Part shown: piece after piece, positions 58,854 through 64,000 of the stretch
Numbering within the stretch: position 1 is the first letter of the stretch
How the letters are laid out: each line of letters starts with the position of its first letter
Source of the DNA: an uncultured delta proteobacterium
GTDB taxonomy: Bacteria; Desulfobacterota; Binatia; UBA9968
DNA length: 64,000 bases
Direction of reading: 5' to 3'
Assembly: GCA_963816145.1 (NCBI GenBank)
Contig: CAWFJP010000001.1
Location: 224,001-288,000, forward strand
Notes under the pieces: model-generated
The model's input: the letters and a program-made list of their open reading frames with translations, nothing else
Database searches by the model: none
Told to the model about the DNA's origin: nothing
Made by a program: the position numbers and the translations under genes

Positions 58854-59204
58854 CTATTTCGCTTTCTTAAGCCAGCTGATCAATCCGCCCCAAATTACAA
58901 AAGCTACGCCAAATAACATCAGAAGCAGTCCAACGGGACCAAATATGAACGACAACCCGCCGCCCAAAAAAAACAACAGGACTCCGGTTCCCAGCGGATT
59001 GAACGGAGCCGGCGTCGTCCCTACCCCTGGCACCGGTTCATCCTTGTGGATGAACTCTTCGCGCATTAGCGCGGTTGCCAGCTCCTTGAGATCGTGGCGT
59101 CGCTCAGGGTCGGCGCCCTGAATCAGACGGCCAAGCTCTTGAGCCAACCTTTCGATCTCTTGTTCGCGCGCTTCCGGCGCTAGATTTGGAGGATCGGATG
59201 TCAC
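58854..59204 (-). CDS. Hypothetical protein with two C-terminal TM helices, first gene of the Rieske operon
   Basis: Stop is 2 nt before the Rieske ATG; helical N-domain plus hydrophobic hairpin. Confidence 0.65.
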   Translation of the reverse strand: MTSDPPNLAPEAREQEIERLAQELGRLIQGADPERRHDLKELATALMREEFIHKDEPVPGVGTTPAPFNPLGTGVLLFFLGGGLSFIFGPVGLLLMLFGVAFVIWGGLISWLKKAK

Positions 59205-59271
59205 CTAAGATTAGGGTTGTTGATTATTATAGAAAATATTCTTTGTCAACAATTTGGCCCTTCTTGTGACG

Positions 59272-59754
59272 TTAACGTCTGAGCAAAATCACCGCAGTAC
59301 CAGCCATTCCTTGTCCTTTGCCGAGCCATCCGAGCTTCTCGGTGGTGGCGGCTTTGATGCTCACGTCGCTCTCGGCCAGTTTGAGCAGGCCGGCGACGCT
59401 TTTACGCATGGCTGGATAATGCGGCGACAGCTTCGGCCGCTGCGCCACCAAAGTTACATCGACATTGACGATCTTGAACCGCTTGCGCCGCATGATCCCC
59501 AGCACCTCGCCGAGGAGCTTGGCGCTGGAAATTCCTTTATAACGCGGATCGCTATCGGGGAAATGCGTGCCGATATCCCCTTCACCCATTGCCCCCAATA
59601 AAGCATTGATCACCGCGTGCAGAACTACATCGGCATCGGAATGGCCCAACAAGCCCGTTGGCGACGGTATCTCGACGCCGCCGAGGATCAATTTACGACC
59701 GCGGCGAAAGCGGTGCACGTCGAAACCATGACCGATACGAAACTGTTTTGCCAT
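59272..59754 (-). CDS. ispF: 2-C-methyl-D-erythritol 2,4-cyclodiphosphate synthase
   Basis: RIGHGFDVH, GHSDADV, GDIGTHFPD, KAATTEKLG. Confidence 0.95.
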   Translation of the reverse strand: MAKQFRIGHGFDVHRFRRGRKLILGGVEIPSPTGLLGHSDADVVLHAVINALLGAMGEGDIGTHFPDSDPRYKGISSAKLLGEVLGIMRRKRFKIVNVDVTLVAQRPKLSPHYPAMRKSVAGLLKLAESDVSIKAATTEKLGWLGKGQGMAGTAVILLRR

Positions 59755-59938
59755 CGCTTGTCTGTCGATGGCGGCATCATGTCGCGAACCAAGGCGACAT
59801 TCAACCGGGTTGCTCGACGAATCGAAGTTACCCGCGGCGATGCCAAAAAATCGAAATAAACTATCGCCTGCCCTGTGGATCGCGGCAAACTTGACCGAGG
59901 AATCGTGTTATGGCGTTCCCTCCGGCTATCTGGTATAA

Positions 59939-60706
59939 ATGATGCCAAATTCGATACCCATGCGACCGCGAATGCTGATCATCTGCTCGCTGATCTTTAT
60001 CGCCCTGCCACTTTATACCGTGCTATCGGGTCAGGCGCCGCAGGGACGCGACTTCCGCACTGCGGACCGCTCCAGTGCGGGGCTCGCGCCGCGCGCGGAG
60101 ACGACGCCCGAAGCGGTGGTGCAAGTCTATTTCGCCCGCGCGCTCAATTGGCGCGGCATTTTCGGTGTCCATACCTGGATCGCCACCAAACCGGCAAACG
60201 CCACTGAGTATACCGTGCATCAAGTTATTGGCTGGCGCATTTACCGCGATCTCCCCGCGGTGGTTTCCGGCCCCGGCATCCCGGACGCCCGCTGGTTTGG
60301 CAACGAGCCCACTTTGATCGCCGATTTGCGCGGCGACGCCGCCGCCAAGGCGATCCCAAAAATCATCGAAGCCACCGCCAAATATCCGTACCCCAACCAG
60401 TACACGCTTTGGCCCGGCCCCAACAGCAACACCTTCGTCGCCTACATCGGCCGCGCCGTGCCGGAACTGCATATGGATCTGCCGTCCACTGCTATCGGCA
60501 AGGACTACCCGATCAACGGGTCACTGATCGACCGCACCCCCAGCGGGACCGGCTATCAACTGTCCATGTTCGGGGTCGCTGGCCTAACCATGGCCCGTGA
60601 GGAAGGCTTTGAACTGAATCTTCTGGGCCTCACCTTCGGCCTCGACTTTTACAAGCCGGCGATCAAACTCCCCTTCATCGGCCGTCTCGGCATGGGCGAA
60701 AACTAA
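59939..60706 (+). CDS. DUF3750-like protein
   Basis: ADRSSAGLAP, WRGIFGVHTWI, WPGPNSNTF, AIGKDY, KLPFIGR. Confidence 0.72.
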   Translation: MMPNSIPMRPRMLIICSLIFIALPLYTVLSGQAPQGRDFRTADRSSAGLAPRAETTPEAVVQVYFARALNWRGIFGVHTWIATKPANATEYTVHQVIGWRIYRDLPAVVSGPGIPDARWFGNEPTLIADLRGDAAAKAIPKIIEATAKYPYPNQYTLWPGPNSNTFVAYIGRAVPELHMDLPSTAIGKDYPINGSLIDRTPSGTGYQLSMFGVAGLTMAREEGFELNLLGLTFGLDFYKPAIKLPFIGRLGMGEN

Positions 60707-60743
60707 ACGGAGACTGTCGGCGCCGATTTACAAAGCCCTCGGC

Positions 60744-62048
60744 ATGCCAGACCGGTCAACCGTTTCGAGCCTATACCGCATCGTCGTTTTCTTGGCGACG
60801 GCGTTTACCGTCGCTGTGTCCATTTTCCTGGTCGATAAAAATCTCTTCTCGCAGTCCGAGCAGTTCCAAGAGTCCGACTTCATCATGACCTTCTACGTGG
60901 CCGGCCGTCTGGTTAGCGACGGCCGGTCTAGCGAACTCTATCCCGATCCCACGGCCAAAAGCTTCGTCAACTCACGTTTCGACAAAGCCGCCCATGAGTT
61001 TCTTCCCAAGCTACCCCAAAACTCCGCCGGCGCGTACATGTACATCCCACTGGTCGCCGGCTTTTTCACACCATTCGGCAGGCTCGATCCCAACGTTGCT
61101 TTGCTGCTGTGGCAAGCAATTTCGGTTCTGGCGCTTCTGTGGAGCTGCCGGCAGCTCGGAGAAGTCACCGGGACGAAGACCAGCGAAATGTTTTTCTTGG
61201 CGTTTCTTTTCCTGCCGATATTTCTGACCCTGTGGGCCGGTCAATTGGGACTAGCTTTCGGTTTGCTGCCGTTATCATTGGGCTTCAGCATGCTGGTCAA
61301 GAATAGACCACTGCTCGCGGGACTGGTCTGGTCGCTCCTGCTGCTTAAACCGCAATACTTCCTCGCCGCGGCGTTCGTCGCCCTGGTTTTACTTTTGAAC
61401 CGGCGCTATCGGACATTTATCGGGATGAGCCTGGGGGTGATCGGTCTTTTGATCACCACCTTGCTCGTGTTCGGGCCGGAACTGACTCTACAGTGGCTGC
61501 AAAGCCACCAGGTCAGCGACGCCATGTATTCGAGTGGCCAGCAAGGCATTCCGAGCCACCTCATCACCGGCTTGCCGGCCAACCTGATGATTTTGTTTCC
61601 GGTGGAGCAACGCGCAGCAGTGAAATGGCCGCTTTACTTCGGTGCTGCCATGCTCTGGGTGGTTGGTTTTTACTTCGCAACTAAGGCTGCCAAAGAACAA
61701 GACGACATTTTACGACGTCTCGCCGTCGCCTTGACCATCGGAGTTTGCTTGTCGGCAATCACCCTGCCCCACTTGCTCTATTACGATCTCTGCGTGCTGT
61801 TGCCCGCCGGTGCGCTGCTCCTGAGTAAATCCAGGCCGTGGTTGGACCGCAACGACCTGAGGCAAATAGCGATTTACGGGTGGATTTTGATCAGCGGCTT
61901 CCTGGCGCCGATGCTGGCATTCACGAGTTCGAAACTAATGCCGCTTTTTCTCGAAACGATTCTAGCCCTGCTGTTCTTCCGTTTGCTCTGGCGACTCGCC
62001 CGACACTCTACCCACAGCGATGGCGGGTACACAGCAAGCAACCTTTGA
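60744..62048 (+). CDS. GT-C glycosyltransferase (GT87/DUF2029-like)
   Basis: SDFIMTFY.AG, YMYIP, GQ, LKPQY, PHLLYYD; polytopic membrane protein. Confidence 0.75.
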   Translation: MPDRSTVSSLYRIVVFLATAFTVAVSIFLVDKNLFSQSEQFQESDFIMTFYVAGRLVSDGRSSELYPDPTAKSFVNSRFDKAAHEFLPKLPQNSAGAYMYIPLVAGFFTPFGRLDPNVALLLWQAISVLALLWSCRQLGEVTGTKTSEMFFLAFLFLPIFLTLWAGQLGLAFGLLPLSLGFSMLVKNRPLLAGLVWSLLLLKPQYFLAAAFVALVLLLNRRYRTFIGMSLGVIGLLITTLLVFGPELTLQWLQSHQVSDAMYSSGQQGIPSHLITGLPANLMILFPVEQRAAVKWPLYFGAAMLWVVGFYFATKAAKEQDDILRRLAVALTIGVCLSAITLPHLLYYDLCVLLPAGALLLSKSRPWLDRNDLRQIAIYGWILISGFLAPMLAFTSSKLMPLFLETILALLFFRLLWRLARHSTHSDGGYTASNL

Positions 62049-62063
62049 AGACTGTTTGTATTA

Positions 62064-63527
62064 TCACGGTTCCCGCGATACCCGCACGGCGCTAATCGCC
62101 GCGCCGATAAAACACAACCCCGCCGCCGTCAGGCAGGCGAAATGAAATCCGCGCATGAAGGCGGCCAAGCCGATCGCGCTGCCATCTATTGCCAACTGCT
62201 TGGCGAAAGATTGCAACGACGACGCGCCGGTCGCAGTCAATTGCGCGCCGACAATCGTCGTCGCCAGCGCCGCGCCGATGGAGTAACCCAGGCTGCGCAC
62301 AATCGACAGAAACGCCGAGCCGACGCCGAGCCGATGGCGCGGCACGGCGGTCATGAGCAGATTATTATTCGGCGTTTGAAAAAGTCCCATGCCGGTACCG
62401 ACCAGTCCAAGGCAGACCACGATCTGCACGGATGCGGACATGGGCGACAGAAAACTCATAAGCACAAATGCGATCCCGCTTACCGTCAATCCAGCGGCAC
62501 AGAGCCGCTCGGCAGCAAACCTTTCCGACATCCAGCCGGTGAGCGGCGCTAAAAGCGCCATCGCCAACGGCGTTGGCGCAACCAAAAAACCAGCGCGCAG
62601 CGGATCCAAACGAAGCGCGAACTGCAAATAAAAAGGCATCAGCAAGATGCTCACGCTCATGGTGATGAAACTAATCCAGCGCCCAATGTTGCCCAGAGTA
62701 AACGCGGGGATACGAAACAGCGCCAGGTCGAGTAGAGGGGCAGTTGCTCGCCCCTCCCAGCGGATAAAGAACATCAGGAGAGCGATGCCAGCCGTCAAGG
62801 GTAAAAACACCAGCGCCGATTGCCAGCCACTCTTCTGCGCCGTGGTGAGACCGAACAGAATCAACGAAATGCAGCAAGCGAAGGACAACGCGCCGATCAG
62901 ATCGAAAGGCTCTTTTTTGGCCGTCGAGGGCTTGAAACTTTCCGGCGGCAGCAGCACACGCGCGGCGGCGAAGCCGCAAAAGGCGAGGAGCGCGGAAACA
63001 AAAAAATTCGAGCGCCAGCCGAAGCTATGGGTCAACAAGCCACCGATCACCGGCCCCATGGTGTAGCCGATCGCCGAGATCGCCCCGCCGGCGATGCCCA
63101 TCGCCCGGCCGCGTTCTTCCGGCGGGAACAGCGCCGTTACCAGGGCAAAATTGTTAGCCATGATGAGCGCGCTGCCGGCCGCCTGCAGGGCGCGAAACAC
63201 AACCAACTGCACCGCACTCTGGGACGCACCGGCGGCGATGGAACTCAAGCCGTAGAGAATGAAGCCGCCGAGAAACAGGTTGCCGACGCCAAGCAGATCG
63301 GACAGCCGGCCGCAGGGTAGATAGAGCGAAGCCGTGATCAACGCATAGACAAGCGCGATCCAGCTCGCCAATGTCAGATCGGCGCCGAACTCAGTAATGA
63401 TCAGCGGCAGCGCGATGCTTAGCTGCCCGGTATCGGCGGTGACGATCAAGGTGGCGATGGACGCCACCGAAAGCGACCACCAGCGGTTACGGCGCGCGAA
63501 GTTATTTGAAGAAGTCGACATGGCCAT
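62064..63527 (-). CDS. MFS transporter, DHA2 (14-TM) type
   Basis: GRLSDLLG, RALQAAG, ERGRAMG, GPVIGG, PLLDLALF, FQTPNN. Confidence 0.9.
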   Translation of the reverse strand: MAMSTSSNNFARRNRWWSLSVASIATLIVTADTGQLSIALPLIITEFGADLTLASWIALVYALITASLYLPCGRLSDLLGVGNLFLGGFILYGLSSIAAGASQSAVQLVVFRALQAAGSALIMANNFALVTALFPPEERGRAMGIAGGAISAIGYTMGPVIGGLLTHSFGWRSNFFVSALLAFCGFAAARVLLPPESFKPSTAKKEPFDLIGALSFACCISLILFGLTTAQKSGWQSALVFLPLTAGIALLMFFIRWEGRATAPLLDLALFRIPAFTLGNIGRWISFITMSVSILLMPFYLQFALRLDPLRAGFLVAPTPLAMALLAPLTGWMSERFAAERLCAAGLTVSGIAFVLMSFLSPMSASVQIVVCLGLVGTGMGLFQTPNNNLLMTAVPRHRLGVGSAFLSIVRSLGYSIGAALATTIVGAQLTATGASSLQSFAKQLAIDGSAIGLAAFMRGFHFACLTAAGLCFIGAAISAVRVSREP

Positions 63528-63558
63528 TAGAATGTCACGGCGGTGATTCTAGCGCGCA

Positions 63559-63653
63559 GTTCAAGGTTCAAGGGTTCAAACGTTCAAAACTGTCGGATCA
63601 AATGCGTGGTCGAAATCCGAACCGTTGAACGTTTGAACCTTGAACCCTTGAAC
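63559..63653. repeat. Near-perfect inverted repeat of GTTCAA(G) units
   Basis: gttcaag gttcaagg gttcaaac gttcaa ... ttgaac gtttgaac cttgaac ccttgaac, with an inner tcggat/atccga pair. Confidence 0.88.
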
Positions 63654-63663
63654 GAAATTCTTG

Positions 63664-64000
63664 TTACCGCCCCACCGGCCAGTACCGGCCGCCACGTTTG
63701 AGCAGCGAGAGCGGCGCACCGTATAGCTCCTGCAACAGCCGCGGCTTGAGCACATCACCGGTCCTCCCGGCATGGAGCACCTTGCCGTGCCGCAGTACCA
63801 ACGTTTTGTGAAACATCGGCAAGATCTCCTCGATATGGTGGGTCACGTAAATCAGTGCGGGGACCTTCGTGAGCCCGCTCAATTTGCGCAGCGACAGCAG
63901 GAAACTCTCACGCGCTCCGGGATCCATACCCGCACAAGGCTCGTCGAGAATGATCAGATAGGGTTTGGTCATGCGCGCCCGTGCGATGAGAATTTTTTGC
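63664..64000 (-). CDS. ABC ATP-binding protein, C-terminal part (ModF-like)
   Basis: QKILIARARM..IILDEPCAGMD (Walker B), YVTHH (H-loop); start lies beyond the window. Confidence 0.82.
   Translation of the reverse strand, partial: QKILIARARMTKPYLIILDEPCAGMDPGARESFLLSLRKLSGLTKVPALIYVTHHIEEILPMFHKTLVLRHGKVLHAGRTGDVLKPRLLQELYGAPLSLLKRGGRYWPVGR

Overview
GC-rich bacterial chromosomal window. Gene content and style suggest a deltaproteobacteria-like lineage such as Ca. Binatota (inference, not verified). 1-14.3 kb is a minus-strand dcw cluster (mraZ, STAS protein, rsmH, ftsL, ftsI, murE, murF, mraY, murD, ftsW, murG, murC, murB, ftsQ 5' end), followed by rnpB, RNase HI and a zinc-ribbon gene that sits behind a candidate leader-peptide attenuator. 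16.5-31.5 kb holds housekeeping and transport genes (M48 peptidase, FAD oxidase, EamA, rhomboid, livHMGF, AsmA, YihY, APC permease). 31.6-47.5 kb holds nine solute-binding proteins with only one permease, a GT87-like glycosyltransferase, an alpha/beta-hydrolase-like gene and a RelE/ParE toxin-antitoxin pair. Then come acs, an SDR, an FNR-like reductase and a class II aldolase. 53.1-59.2 kb is a Rieske/split cytochrome b6-type operon with an unannotated 55-aa subunit, a coiled-coil octaheme cytochrome c and a cupredoxin-like protein. The window ends with ispF, DUF3750, a second GT87, an MFS and a partial ABC ATPase. Most notable: (i) that respiratory operon; (ii) at least six families of 7-9 nt period intergenic repeats, some palindromic or nested, plus a separate palindrome inserted in frame in a CDS; (iii) a secreted protein with a C2H2-like (CHHH) zinc-finger motif; (iv) the leader-peptide/terminator unit; (v) a non-canonical STAS gene inside dcw. 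Two single-base frameshifts are probably assembly errors. No tRNA, rRNA, CRISPR array or transposase was recognised.
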